Of a DNA stretch of 64,000 nt, positions 13,965 to 28,292 are shown in pieces. How positions within the stretch are numbered: position 1 is the stretch's first letter; each line of letters begins with the position of its first letter. Below the pieces are notes generated by a model. That model saw only the letters and a list, made by a program, of their open reading frames with translations. It had not been told where the DNA came from and ran no database searches. The stretch is from positions 7,688,001 through 7,752,000 of the forward strand of contig OX597825.1 in assembly GCA_951406725.2 (NCBI GenBank), in the 5' to 3' direction. The DNA is from Octopus vulgaris (lineage: Eukaryota). Made by a program: the position numbers and the translations under genes.

Positions 13965-14837
13965 ACACTGATCATAGACTAATTGTATTTTATTAGCAGT
14001 TTATTATTTTTCGTCTGCTCTACAAACGACACATTCTTTCTCTTTTTATTTTCTTTAATTTCGTTTCGAGTATATTTTCTTTTCAATGCGTCCATTTGGG
14101 GGTCAACTTTCGTTCGCGGTCACCTCTTTTAAAATCTTTTTTTGCCTTTTGTATTGACGCCCACATCATCAACCGTTCTCACTACCCATATCCCCCCCAC
14201 ACACACACTGTCACAAAAGGTTATGGTGGGAATGGGGCTTAATAGTAGCTGTGGATATTGACTTTTTGTCCAAGGAAGTGAATTGTGTTCTTTGACCATC
14301 CTCGGACCTGCCAGAGGTGATAAAACCGAAAGTATTATTAAAACAACACACTCTAGAGCTGTTATGATTTTTGCCTTTTCCGTTGCTCTCTCTCCACCTC
14401 ACTCACTTTCTTGCTCTGTCTTTCTTATTCCTCGATACAGATTCTTCTAAAATACCTTTTAGTACAACTATAATAGCTTGGCTTCTTGCACTCCACAGCT
14501 AGTCACAATTCTTTTGTTTCTACACCTGCGACAGGTTTGGAATAATTCTATGCTTTGCTTTGAGAAACTAAGATTAGAACTTGCTAGTCTCTACTCTACT
14601 AACAACCTCCAACCACGCCATTTGCCTTGATAGTTTCCCTCACAGTCAAGGGTTCTAAATGCTACTCCATATCCCTGGCTATCTCTACTATGTTGCGTAG
14701 GCCTAAGTATTGTGTTATGAGCCAACGATCATGGCTGTGACACACCAAACTGACGAATCTCCTCAATTTGTCATCGGTGGGAAAATCAAGCAGACACTGC
14801 CCTATACTTTCATGAAAATCACATCCTTCTTCGCATC

Positions 14838-15047
14838 TACAAGGCCAGCATTTTTGAAGGGAGAGAAAGGATTAAGTCGATTTCATCGCCCCTAGTACTT
14901 GACTGCTATTTATCTTATCGATCCCGATGGATGAAAAGCAAAGTAGACCTCGGCAGGATTTGAACATGGAACGAAGAGCTCGATAAAAATGCAGATAAGG
15001 ATTTGTCTGACGCGCTAATGATTTGAGACCCCCACACTGGGGACAGT
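14838..15047 (-). repeat. Degenerate SINE A plus LINE-end junction, local duplicate copy 1
   Basis: Near-identical to 15817-16027. Confidence 0.85.
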
Positions 15048-15816
15048 GTCTTGCCCCAGTGCTCTCTTCAGGGCATCTTTTATTTTATTGATGCAATTTT
15101 TTATTAGTGTTCTTCTTGCCTGTTTCTGTATGCGTTCTTCAAGCAACACTGTCCTAAATAACACACATCTCCCATATCACTTATTTTCTTCGACTTGACG
15201 AATGTCCAAACATTGTGTATGGGTTACTCCATAAGAAAACTCATTTTATTATTATTTTTTTTTTTTCACAAATTCATTACTTATTTGTTTGTAATGTTTG
15301 CTGTATCTGTTTGTTTAGTGGTTGCTTTATTTTCTTGTTTTGTTGGTTATCTTTTTTGAACATGTTTTTAAAATTTATTGTTTTTATTTATTTAATTATT
15401 TATTTATTTGCATCTTGTGGCGGGATGTGCCAGTTTGCATCAATGTCGCAACTGCTGTAGCGAATTCATCCATGAAACGAAGTCAGTTCGTGTTTGTAGT
15501 AAATAAAGTTTATAGAATAGGAAATACAAAAAAGGTTTAAAAACAAACCGTGTCCTTTTCACCCCAAGGTAAGCAGGGTGGAAACTAAAACGTTCCAACG
15601 TCGGGAAATTAATCCAAAGATTTTCCATTGAGTTATAAACGTGGCGTGGTAAATCCATTAACACAAAGGGGGCGAAAGGGACAAGCCCATTCGCGCTAAA
15701 ATACAAATGATTATGATATTGATGATGATGGTGATGATGAAGATGAGGATAATGATGGCAACAATAAAATAACAACAACAACAACAACAATCATAATGAC
15801 ACTTTCTAATTTTTGG

Positions 15817-16027
15817 TACAAGGCCAGCATTTTTGAAGGGAGAGGAGGGATTAAGTCGATTTCATCGCCCCTAGTACTTGACTGCTACTTATTTTATCGA
15901 TCGCGATGGATGAAAAGCAAAGTTGACCTCGGCAGGATTTGAACATGGAACGAAGAGCTCGATAAAAATGCAGATAAGCATTTTGTCTGACGCGCCAAGG
16001 ATTTGAGACCCCCACACTGGGGACAGT
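15817..16027 (-). repeat. Degenerate SINE A plus LINE-end junction, local duplicate copy 2
   Basis: Near-identical to 14838-15047 and contiguous with the Tx1/L1 remnant. Confidence 0.85.
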
Positions 16028-16910
16028 ATAAGAGGAAAATACAAAAAAAAAAAAAAAGGGAACAAAGAAGAAAAAGGAAAGCAGTGGCGAATTTCCGTCA
16101 AATAAGGAGCGACCCACAGAGATATATTAAGAAACAATAATAATAAAAAAAATCTATGTAGCTACAACAGTATAAATGTATAAGACAATAACGAAGGACC
16201 AAAGGGGTCTGTTTGAACCCTCCATTCCCCACTTTGGTACAACAAAAGTCGATGCTTTCTCCCAGTTTTTGCCTCAATTCTACAACCGTAGAATTATCAC
16301 GGACCTGTTTAGCCATGCCAATTTCGTCCCTTTCACCCAAAACACAAAAATTTTGCTGGGTCCAGTGTCCTTCTTACTATCTTCAACTTCCTTCTCAACT
16401 GATTCTTGAAGAATCGGATGTGGGTTTGGCTTCCTGACAGGAAATGCTTTATCCTGAAAGCTTTTAACCTCGTCCACTACACAACTTCCTTCAGCATAAC
16501 CACAAGTTAGAATAACGCTATCCACGCTTCCTTGCCAAAGGAAAGCAGTGATTTGTCTTCACGATAAAACCAACAAATAACCGGATCCGTTCGGTCCTGT
16601 ACCGCAATATAAATCATTAAACGGACTCTGAACGGGCGCGTAGCGCCGGACGGGTCGTCATCGTTTGCTCATACGAACAGGTTCAGTTGCTGGCAGCTCC
16701 ATTTTGGCTTCAGGCACGCAAGCTGAATTTATCGTAAATAAGCAAAGTCGCTCCACCGTTACCTCCGCAACCACTCCATTACAACACCTTCAGACCAGCG
16801 TATGGAGTGTTTTTTAAAAATAATAATCTGTCACTTAAAAGTCTCCCAGAGTAACTTATAACTTATACACAGTCGCCATTCAAAATCTCTCACCCAGGCT
16901 AACATCGTTT
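16005..16910 (-). mobile_element. Tx1/L1-clade LINE 3' remnant (ORF2 C-terminus plus T-rich 3' UTR)
   Basis: Frameshifted LVVMLKEVV*WTRLK..FLSG..FFKNQLRRKLKIVRRTL..KF..W and a degraded zinc-knuckle region, resembling Tx1-type ORF2 ends. Confidence 0.55.
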
Positions 16911-16912
16911 AT

Positions 16913-16977
<65 letters not shown>

Positions 16978-16979
<2 letters not shown>

Positions 16980-17172
16980 GGTTTCGATTTTTAGCTCAGC
17001 ACCAGCTGCTTCGGTGGGAGGGTTTTATGTTGATTATATCGACCCCAGTGATAAACTGGTATTCATTTTATCGACCCCGATGAGATGAAAGGCAAAGTCG
17101 ACTTTGGCGGATTTTGAACCCGGAATGTAAAACCGGAAGAAATACCTCGGAACATTTGGTCCGACGCAATAA
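16978..17172 (-). mobile_element. SINE family A (tail type 1)
   Basis: Core match; (TAA)n at its 3' end. Confidence 0.75.
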
Positions 17173-17771
17173 TGGTCATATCTGTATTTTGCTACGTTCA
17201 CAAGACTTTCTAAATTTTATTGTAGAGAAAATAAAATGGGAATCGATGAGTTGACAACAAGAGTTTTAGGTATTTGACTGAAACCGAAATCTTTACTGAG
17301 ATTTGAACTCAGAGCGGGAACGAAAGCAAAATCGATAACCATTTTGTCCACTGCGCTCTCGATGCCGCCATTCGATTCCCTAAACAAAACACGCCCAAGA
17401 AGCAGATGTCGCGAGCAAGAACTTATTTCAGTATTGTATTATGCTATGTGGAAAACAAGAACCTGTGTACTTAACACATATGGCAGCATACATACATACA
17501 TACATACATACATACATACATACATACATACATACATACATACATACATACATACATACATACACACATACACACATACATATACACACACATTCATATA
17601 CACACACACACTTCTATACACACACATATATATACATATGTAAATATATAAATGTGTATACATGTGCATTGATATATATGTACGTATATGTATACATATA
17701 TATGTACAAACATATATGTATATATATATGTACATATGTGTATACATATATATATATATATATATATATTT

Positions 17772-17802
<31 letters not shown>

Positions 17803-17816
17803 ACATACATACACAC

Positions 17817-17850
<34 letters not shown>

Positions 17851-18524
17851 GTTTGTGTGTGTGGATGTTTGTATTCATTAAAAGATAAATATGTACACGG
17901 GTATCCGATTTGTTAAAGTATAGATAGAAGTGTGTGTTTGTATGTGTGTATGTGTGTATTCATGACTATCTATGTAACAGAAGCTAGTCTCTCTCCGTAC
18001 GAGTGGTATATACTTATGTTTATATACAAGTATGCGTGTGTACGTATGTATGTCTGCGTATGTATACACACACACACACACACATACATATATATTATGC
18101 GTGTGTGTGTGCGCGTCAAACGCATACATATTCAAGTACATCTTTCATTCGTATACTTATATAATATACAACATGCATACACACACTTATACAAACATAC
18201 ACATACTCATATACAAATATACATTCAAGCATATACACACCAACACACACACACACATGCATACACACACACATGATATACGCAAAGATATTACTGTGTG
18301 AGATGCGTTGCAACTCTTATTTTGGGTTGAAATATTGTTATTAGCACAATTCAGTCCAAGCCCTCCAGATGTGACCATCCCATGAAACACTTAGGTGTGA
18401 TCCACCAAGAATGTATTATTCAATATGCTGCTCTTCGCTTAGATTTTAATTTGTGAGTGATTGATTTGACTGCTATTTCCAGAAGGTCGAGCGACCACAT
18501 AGAGTTAGTGTTCGTTATGAGGTG

Positions 18525-18867
18525 AAGGTGGTGGCGATAGAGATGGTGATGGTGGTGGTGGTGGTGGCGGATTTGGAGCTGGTGATAGTGGTGGAGGCGA
18601 GGGTGGTAGTTATGGTTCTAATGAAGTATGGGTGGTGGTTGAAGCGGTGGTGGTGCTGGTTATATTTCAGATGGTTGTAAAGGCAGTGATGAGGGAAATA
18701 ATACTTATGATATTGTCAGAGGTAGTGGTCATGGTGATTGCCGTAGTTCTTATTGATAGTACAGTCGTTCCTCGATATGGTGGTGGTGGCGTTGTTGTTG
18801 CTGTTGTTGTTATTAGTATTAGTGGTATTGTAGTGAGGTCGGTGGTAGTACTAGTGGTGTTGCCTGT

Positions 18868-18899
<32 letters not shown>

Positions 18900-19385
18900 G
18901 GGAAGGTAGGGGCTAGGGTGGCGATGATGTCTGAAGGTGCTGTTGATGTTGTTGCTATTGATGAAGATGATGATGAGGAGGGGGAGGATGGTGATGATGA
19001 TGGACACAGTAGTAAGAATGGTATTATATTAGTGGCAGTTGTGATGATGGTTATGATGATGATGATGATGACAATATTGATGAAGACGGCGACGGCGAAG
19101 TGGATGATGATGAGGCGGGGAAGGATGTGGCTGAGGATGATGGCGATGATGATGATGGCGATGACTACGACTATTATAGAGTTGGCTATGATGATGATGA
19201 TGATGGTAGTGGAAGGAGTAATTGTAGGGGCCATCGCGAAATGATAGGGACGGCGGCGGTGGAGGTGGTGTTAGCATTGACCGTGGGAGTCTTTGTAGAA
19301 ATAGAGGTGCGTTCGTGTTGGTGGTGGTGATGGTGGTGGCGGTAGTACCCGGAATAGAAGTTGAGGGTGGAGGTGGTGATGGTGC
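18525..19385 (+). repeat. Degenerate (GGT/GAT)n trinucleotide block
   Basis: Seen directly. Confidence 0.9.
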
Positions 19386-19479
19386 AAAGGGTACGCGGTT
19401 GTGTGTGGGGCGAGGGGCTACGCAGAGTAGGGAGTGTTTTTTCTCGTGATTTTTAGGAAAAGAACATATATATATATAT

Positions 19480-19727
19480 GTATGTATGAATGTATTTATA
19501 TATATAATTATGTATGTATGTATATATGTAGGTCTCTTTGTATATTTCTCGTTGTGCGGGAATGTGAGTGTGTGTGTATGTGTGTGAGTGTGTGTATGTA
19601 TGTGTGTGTAGGTTGGTGTTTATGGATGTATGTACGCGGGAATTTCTGTGTGTATTTATACAAGTAACTGCATGTGGCATTTATGCAAGTATGGGCTAAC
19701 TTATTCATTCCTGTATATGAGATTGAC

Positions 19728-19769
<42 letters not shown>

Positions 19770-19789
19770 GCGTGTGTGTTTATTATTAT

Positions 19790-19831
<42 letters not shown>

Positions 19832-20911
19832 CCATACATATACATGCATCATTATATAGAAATAGAAAATGCATGTGTGTGTGTGTGTGTGTGTGTGTAT
19901 ACAAATAAGGGGTGTGTTGCGTTATATATATATATATGAGTTGATGAACGTTTGGTGTTTACAAACGGGGTAAAAATCTATTCACCACAAAAGCAGTGTA
20001 GATTGTGTCTCTGTTTCATTAAAAGCTGAAGCTTGTTGATTCTAAAATCGTGCGAACAATCGGAAACGTGAAATTACGAGGTACGATTCACTAAGCTTGT
20101 CTTCGTGCAAGCATACATACATACATACATACATACATACATACATACATACATACATACATACATACATACGTACGTACATACATACATACATACATAC
20201 ATACATACATACATACATACATACATACATACACACAGACACACGCACACACGTACATACATACATGCATACATATATACACACATATATACATACATAT
20301 ATACATACATACGTACATGCATCTGTACGTGTATATATATATTTATGTATGTGTATGTATATATATATATATATCATATATATCACTATGTAGTATATAT
20401 GCATGCTTGCATATATATATATGTGTGTGTGTATGTGTGTATATACGTATGTATATATGTAGATATATATACACATACATACGTATTCACACATAAAAAC
20501 ACACATTTATATATACAAACGTATAGACTATTACAGAGACTTATATTTATACATACATCAATGTATCTGTCTTTGTAAGTGGTTGTTTTGTGTATCTGTC
20601 GGTAGAATATGCCGATCACGACGAGTGTATATACTCACACAATGTTTATTTATAAATGCAATGAGAGATAATGCGTGTATATCCTGGTAGGTTTCTGCTT
20701 GAGGTGCACACTTCCGTTAGTATTCAATAATATATCAACACATGCACTGATACATACATACATACATACATACACACATACATACCCACATACATACATA
20801 CATACATACATACACACATACATACATACACACATACATACATACACACATACATACATTTATATATATATATATATACACACATACACACATACATACA
20901 TACATACATAC

Positions 20912-20955
<44 letters not shown>

Positions 20956-21127
20956 ACACACAAATCTCGATGACATCCACTATTTATATATATATATGCA
21001 TATATATGCATGTGTATGTGTGTATATTTATGTGTGTATATGCGTCTGATCTGAGTAATAAAACGTATCCACTCATTCGTACATTTAAACATTCTTCCAT
21101 ACATATACATACATACATACATACATA

Positions 21128-21166
<39 letters not shown>

Positions 21167-22074
21167 GAATATGTCACTATGTGTATATATAAGTATTTAT
21201 TTATATACATATCTATATAAACACAATATATGTACATCTACCTATCAATCTCGATCTCTATATATATATATGTATATGTGTATGTATATATATTTATATA
21301 CAAGCACACATACACTCATGTTCACATATGTATATCAGTCTGTTATGTAAATGTGTATGAATACGCATACATATATACACACATATATATATATATTCAC
21401 ATGTATATATAATGTATAATGCATATATATATTATGTATATATATGTATATATATTATATATATGGCAACAGAGAGAGAGAGAGCGAGCGAGATATGTAT
21501 ATATATATATATATATATATACATACATATATATAAATACATACATATATATATATGCATATATATATTTGTGACTGTGTGTTTATGTTTATTGCGTGAT
21601 GAAAGCGTCTGTGTCTGTGTGAGTCTATGAAATTAAATAAGTGTTTCTTTTTTTTTCTTTTGAAATGAAATAAATTTTATTTAAAATGCCGGAAAATCCG
21701 TTGTGACTATCATACTCTGCCCCAAACACGAACCCCTAAAATATACATTCAAAGAACGAGACCGGTGAACATAAACCGGCGCACCGCCCTCAACCACCTT
21801 TACCCTAAGTTTACTCTCATTTTTATGTCATTCATTGAGAATGTATGAACCAAGCAGAAAGGCATGCACATCATGCATTCCCTCTCTATGCGTTCCTCTC
21901 TGTGTGGGTGGCCCTCTGCCTTCTAGTTTCATAATAGTACATCGATATCTGTAGGTATGTATTCATGTACGTATGTAGTATGGGAACGTACGTGAGCAGG
22001 CATAGAAATATGCAGAGATGTATATCATGCTTGTGTGTATGTGATGTGTAAGTATGTATGTTTGTATGCATGCT

Positions 22075-22117
<43 letters not shown>

Positions 22118-22226
22118 GTATACATACATACACATATGCATACATACATACATACATACATACATACATACATACATACACATATATATGTATGCATATA
22201 TGTTTTTAGGTTTCTACACACACACA

Positions 22227-22285
<59 letters not shown>

Positions 22286-22394
22286 CATTTTATATTTATA
22301 TACAAGCAGACAGATTGACAGAGAGCTAGGTAGATATAGCTGGACAGATAGATAAGATATGAATATATATATATATATACATACATAGAGAGAA

Positions 22395-22449
<55 letters not shown>

Positions 22450-22630
22450 CATACATACATACATACATACATACATACATACATAGGTAGACAGACAGAG
22501 AGACAGAAAGATAGACAGGGTGGCAGACAGACAGAGAGACAGACAAACTGACCAACAGACAGACAGACAGGCAGATAGATAGGTAGACAGACAGACAGAT
22601 AGATTGACAGATAGAGAGACAGATAGATCC
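19480..22630. repeat. Extended compound microsatellite field: (TA)n, (CA)n, (CATA)n, (GATA)n, (GACA)n
   Basis: Seen directly, with short unique islands. Confidence 0.9.
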
Positions 22631-23189
22631 GTACGTACACATGTTAACATCTAAGTATGTATGAATTTCCGCGTATATTTATAACTAAAGTATCGATGTT
22701 ATGGGTTTGTGTATATCGTTCGGTGCGTGTGCAAACGTATATAAGCTTTACAACTATCATGTGTGTGTATGTGTATGTATATAGGCATGCTCGTCCAAGT
22801 ATGAATCAACGTATGTATGTGTAAGAATATTTATTCCAAGAAATTATGACATGTGTGTGCTTGAGGACGAAATATGAAAATCAACAAACCACATAGAATA
22901 TTGCAATTCAAACTCTCACTTCGTCTCCCTTTATGTCTCTCTCTATCTCTGTCTCTCTCTGTCTCTCTCTGCATGCATAGCTGTGTGTCTGTCTCTCTCA
23001 CTCACCCACCTTGCTCTCTCTCTGTGCCTCTCTCTCACGTATATGCACAGAAACACACACAAACATACATACACATAGATACACATACATAGATATACTT
23101 CTATCAACATTCCGACATACCCGCAGAAAATACAGAAAAGTCGTGCTCACTTATCCGACCCTATCCATCCATGCATGGCCGATCAAAGA

Positions 23190-23243
<54 letters not shown>

Positions 23244-23350
23244 TACACACTCACACGTATACTCACTCACACGCAGAGCTTCCACCACAGACACATCATC
23301 GACAGAGAGCGAGAGAGACGGGGAGAAAACCAGAATGTACCAAAACTTAC

Positions 23351-23417
23351 CAGAAATAAGTAGAAGGTTAAGAATGGCCAGGACGGTCGCATGTAAAAGC
23401 TTGTCATTTCTCTGCAT
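23351..23417 (-). CDS. First coding exon of an unidentified secreted or membrane protein (signal peptide MQRNDKLLHATVLAILNLLLIS+G)
   Basis: Minus strand: gcaATG at 23417, 22 codons plus 1 nt with a basic N-region and hydrophobic core, then G|GTAAGT (23350-23345). An in-frame stop lies just upstream (23444-23442). It is a unique-sequence island between microsatellites. Downstream exons were not found. Confidence 0.7.
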
Positions 23418-23937
23418 TGCTCTTCGCACGTTTTCCTACGATTACATCATTCCAAAATATTTGTTGTGGCCAGTTGTACCTAGAAACTGTGATCGTGTAC
23501 ATCCCCGTTTAAGTCCATGTGTGATTTGAAGAACACAAGAAGTAGTTGTGGAAGGAAGGAAGGAAGAAAGGAAAAGAACGGAGAGCGAGAGAGAGAGAGA
23601 AAGATAATGAGAGAGAGCGAGTGAGTGATAGAGAGGAACAGAGATAGAGAAAGTCAGGGAGAGAGAGAGACAGAGAGAAAGAGAAAGAGAGAACGATTGA
23701 AAGCAGAAGGAGAAGGAGAAGGAGAAGAAGAAGAACAACAAGAAAGCGTGGATAGAGAACGAAGCGAAGGCGGAGGTAGTGAAGTGAAAGAGAGGTAGAG
23801 AGCGAGACTGGAAAGAGTGAGAGAGAGAGACAGAAAGAGAGAGAAAGGGAGGGAGAGGGAGAGGTGGTGAAAATGAAAGAAAGTAGAGTTAAGAATTTAA
23901 GAAAAACGTCGGTGCGCCTATATACATACACACATAC

Positions 23938-23968
<31 letters not shown>

Positions 23969-24155
23969 TGTATATATCACATATGTACTATATATGTGTG
24001 TATATATATATATATATGTGTATATATACAGGCCCGTACTATAGATAAATTTTTCCGGATTAGTGTGGATGTTTGTGTTTTTGTTCTTCCTTTGTTTTTT
24101 GTTTTTGTACTGTTGTTTTTATTGTTGTTGGAGTGCTTGATCACTCTCTTTTTCC

Positions 24156-24202
<47 letters not shown>

Positions 24203-24685
24203 GGGTCTCCTTCCGAAAGCTTGTGAAACAAGCTGTCCGCAGTCTTGTAATTTCTCCTCGCTTAGCTGACTGCCTCTCTCTCTCTCTCTCTCTCTCTCCC
24301 CTTCCAGCTCCTCTTCCTTCTCCCCCAACAACTCTTCATACAACTCAAACACACACACACACACATACACACACACACACACATACACATACCACATGCA
24401 CACGTTTTCTCTTACTCTCTCTCTATCTCTTTCTCTCTCTCTCTATCTCTCTCCCTCTGCTCATGTTCTGCTTTTTTCTTTTCAACCCTCTCTCTTTCTT
24501 TCTTTCTCATCCCTTACGCACACACATTCAATAACATCTCCCGCCACACACGAATATATATGTGTGTATATATATATATATATTGTGTGTGTATGTATAT
24601 GTGTGTTTATATCTGTATGATCTTCATTCACTGTGTATGTATACATGTCTGTCTGTCTTTGAATTAACTCTCTTCCTTCCTGGTA

Positions 24686-24720
<35 letters not shown>

Positions 24721-24723
24721 ATG

Positions 24724-24758
<35 letters not shown>

Positions 24759-25031
24759 GTACGTACGTATGTATATATATATATGTGTATGTATGCACGT
24801 ATATATGTATTTGTATATGTATACAAGCACACATGTATGTAAGTATGTATGTATGTATGTATGTATGTATGTATGTATGTGTCTTTGTGCATGCGTGCGG
24901 TTATGTTTACTTAAAGCTTCCTATCTTCCTGTCTCTCTCTCTCTGTATCTCTCATTTTCACTCTCTCTCTCTCTGTCTCCCTCTCTCCCTCTCCGTCTCT
25001 CTGTCTCTGTTTTTATATCTCTCTCGCTTTG

Positions 25032-25064
<33 letters not shown>

Positions 25065-25098
25065 ATCAATCTTATACTTAGGGCACGCCATAGTTAAA

Positions 25099-25527
25099 CA
25101 GCAGCAGCGGCCGTAGCAGCAGCAGCAGCAGCCGCAGCAGCAACAGTTGCAGCGGCGGAGGGGGTTGGGGGGTTGGCGGGGGCAGAGAACCAACAGATGT
25201 AGTAGTAGTGATATTAGCAGCAACAGCACTACTCAGAAGCTGCGCGGTTCTTTCGCTATAGTGTAGTAGTAGTAGCAGTATTAGTATTAGTATCAGTAGT
25301 AGTAGTAGTAATAGTAGCAGCAGCAGCGGTGGTGGTCGTGGTGGGGCTGCTGGTGCTTGTGATGATCGTGGTGATACAACCAAGCTTAGTAGTAGTAGTA
25401 GTAGTAGTAGTAGTAGCAGCAGTAGTAGCAGTGGTAGCAGCAGCAACAGATACGGCAGCAACCGCAGCAGCAAATATAGTAGTTGTAGTAGTAGTAGTAG
25501 CAGCAGCAGCGGCAGCGGCAGCAGCAA
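25099..25527 (+). repeat. (GCA)n/(GTA)n compound repeat
   Basis: Seen directly. Confidence 0.9.
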
Positions 25528-25816
25528 CCAAGTAGTGAATGGAAATGTGAGAATGAGAGGAAGAGGCAGAGTGAGATGGTAGTGGGAGGTAAATAAACAA
25601 GGAAGTGAAAATTCAGCTGTAAGTTATAGTCTGTGTGAGTGTGTGATTGTGTATGAGTGAGTATGTGTGATTCTGTGTGTGTGTGTGTGTTTTGACGCCC
25701 GCCGCCTTTACTGGGGACTTGAGAAGTACTGTCAGGCCTGAGTATAAAGCACAGCGTACATAAGTTATTGTAAATACAAACACACACACAAACACAGACA
25801 GACACACAAACGACAA

Positions 25817-26405
25817 CATATATATATACATATATACATATACACATATATACACATATATACATATACACACACACACATATATATATACACATATATG
25901 CACATACACACACGCAGATATATATATATATACACATATATACATATACACACATATATACACATATATACATATACACACTCACACATATATATATACA
26001 CATATATGCACATACACACACACACATATATACATATATATATACACATACATATACACATATATACACATATATACATATACACACATATATATACACA
26101 TATATGCACATATACACACATATATATATATATATACACACATATATACATATACACACACACATATATATATATACACATATATGCACATACACACACA
26201 CACATATATACATATATATATATACACATACATATACACATTTATACACATATATACATATACACACATATATATACACATATATGCACATATACACATA
26301 TATATATATATATATACACACATATATACATATACACACACACATATATATATATACACATTTATGCACATACACACACACACACACTCATATATATATA
26401 TATAT
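25817..26405. repeat. Alternating purine-pyrimidine (CA/TA) tract with 180-bp higher-order period
   Basis: 26041-26200 is nearly identical to 26221-26380. Confidence 0.85.
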
Positions 26406-26499
26406 CAGTGCAACGGTAGCCAATGTTATCTTAATTTAAGGCGGTAAGCTATGATCTGATGGAGATTTGGCTGCTATCTCTAGCAGGCAGACCGAATTA

Positions 26500-26915
26500 C
26501 AGTATAGGGACTTCAGCGTGGCGTCGTCTATTCGTAAGCGTTGTCGTGTGTGTATGCGAGTGCGTGTGCGGCTGAGCACGTGTGCGGGGCTGTGCGCGTG
26601 TGCGGCTGTGCGCTTGTGCGAACGTTACGCGAGCGACTGCGTGTACGGCCTATGCGTGTGCGCTTGTCTACGAACGGCAAGTGTGTCTTTGCAATGATTG
26701 TACTTATCTCTGATATATTGAAACGACAAAGATACGTTGCGTGGCTCTTCGACCCGATAGAAATAGTAGACAATGCACTCTCAGATAATCATAGTCTTAG
26801 ACACGGAAAGGACATTTTTTCTTCTCTTTTCTTTATTCCTGTAAGTCTAGAAAATGTGGCCGTGCTGATCGGATTCGCAGGCCCTCTTTCTGCGATTTTG
26901 TGATTGGTTCCGTTA
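26500..26915. promoter_or_regulatory. CpG-dense segment, candidate promoter or regulatory region about 3 kb upstream of the signal-peptide exon
   Basis: Dense CpG/GCG content against an AT-rich background; ATTGG (CCAAT on minus strand) near 26903. Function is inferred. Confidence 0.3.
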
Positions 26916-27049
26916 ACGTTCTGTATGAACTGTTGCGAGTGAGTGATTGCAGGGAAGTGTTGTGTTCAGGAAATGAAAAACTGAAGGATGGCGCCTCCAA
27001 GAAGGAAAAATAGGAGAGGTTATTGTAGGGCTTGATGGAGGGAGCCTCA

Positions 27050-27850
27050 TGTGGATGAGGAGAGGTAGAGAGGTGACTGAGTGAGGAGATGTAAAGAGAG
27101 ATGAGCGAGAAGGAGCGGAAAGTTTAGTGAGTGAAGAGGGGTTGAAAGATGAGTGAGTGAGGAAAGGTAAAGTGGAGTGAATGACAAGCGGTAGGGGTGA
27201 GAGAGAAAGAGAGAGAGAGAGATGAGCAAGTGAGAAAGGGGGAGAGCTGAGTGAGTGAGGAGAGGTAGAGAGATGGGTGAGTGAGGAAAGGTTGAGAGAT
27301 GGGTGAGTGAGGAGAGGTAGAGAGATGAATGAGTGAGGAGAGGTAAGGAGATGAACCAGTGAGGAAAGGTAAAGAGAAATGAGTGAGTGAAGAGAAGTAT
27401 AGAGTTGAGTGAATGAGGCGATGTAGAGATATGAGTGAGTAAAGAGAGGCAAAGAGAGGTAAAGAGACGAGTGGGTGAGGGAGTGAGAAGTGGTAGAGAG
27501 ATGAGTGAGCGAGGAGAGGAAGAGAGAGAGATGAGTGTGTGAGGAGAGGTAGAAATATGAGCGAGGAGAGAGAGGTAGAGAGAAATCAGTGAGGAGAGGT
27601 GAAGAGAAGAAGGGAGAGGAGTGAGTGAGAAGTATAGATTTGAGTGAGAGATGAGAGGTAGAAAGATGAGTGTGTGAGTGAGGTGAAGTAGAGAGATGAG
27701 TGAGAAGAGGTGGAGAGGTGAGTGAAGAGAAGTAAAGAGAGAGAGAGGAGTGAGGAGAAGTAGAGAGATGAGTGAATGAGGAGAGTTTGAGTGGTGGTAG
27801 TAGGGTACCAGACAGCTCGAAGGAACATAGATGAAGGAAAGAAGTGAGGT
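27050..27850 (+). repeat. Purine-rich minisatellite, unit about 26 bp (GAGTGAGTGAGGAGAGGTAGAGAGAT)
   Basis: Roughly 30 imperfect units. Confidence 0.85.
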
Positions 27851-28058
27851 GGGGAAACACATCCGTGACGGAGAGTTTGAAGTGAGTTTAGGCGAAACTA
27901 TATACCAGGGAGTCGTTGGTCTTTTCCTTCGGGTGGTTATGCGCACGTATCTAGCAGGTATTGGAAGTGTGTGAGACAGGACGGATGTTTGGTGGGCTTC
28001 GGTGAATTTACCCTTCATGAGAAAGAAACATATGATGGATTCCTAGGGATGGCCTCAT

Positions 28059-28073
28059 ATAATGATGATGATG

Positions 28074-28137
<64 letters not shown>

Positions 28138-28142
28138 TGATG

Positions 28143-28173
<31 letters not shown>

Positions 28174-28292
28174 TAATAGTAATAATAATGATAATAATAA
28201 TAAACAATAATAATAATAATGATAATAATAATGATAATAATAATGATAATAATAGTGATAATAATGATAATAATAATAATAATAATAATAAT
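28059..28292 (+). repeat. (TAA)n/(TGA)n microsatellite
   Basis: Seen directly. Confidence 0.95.
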
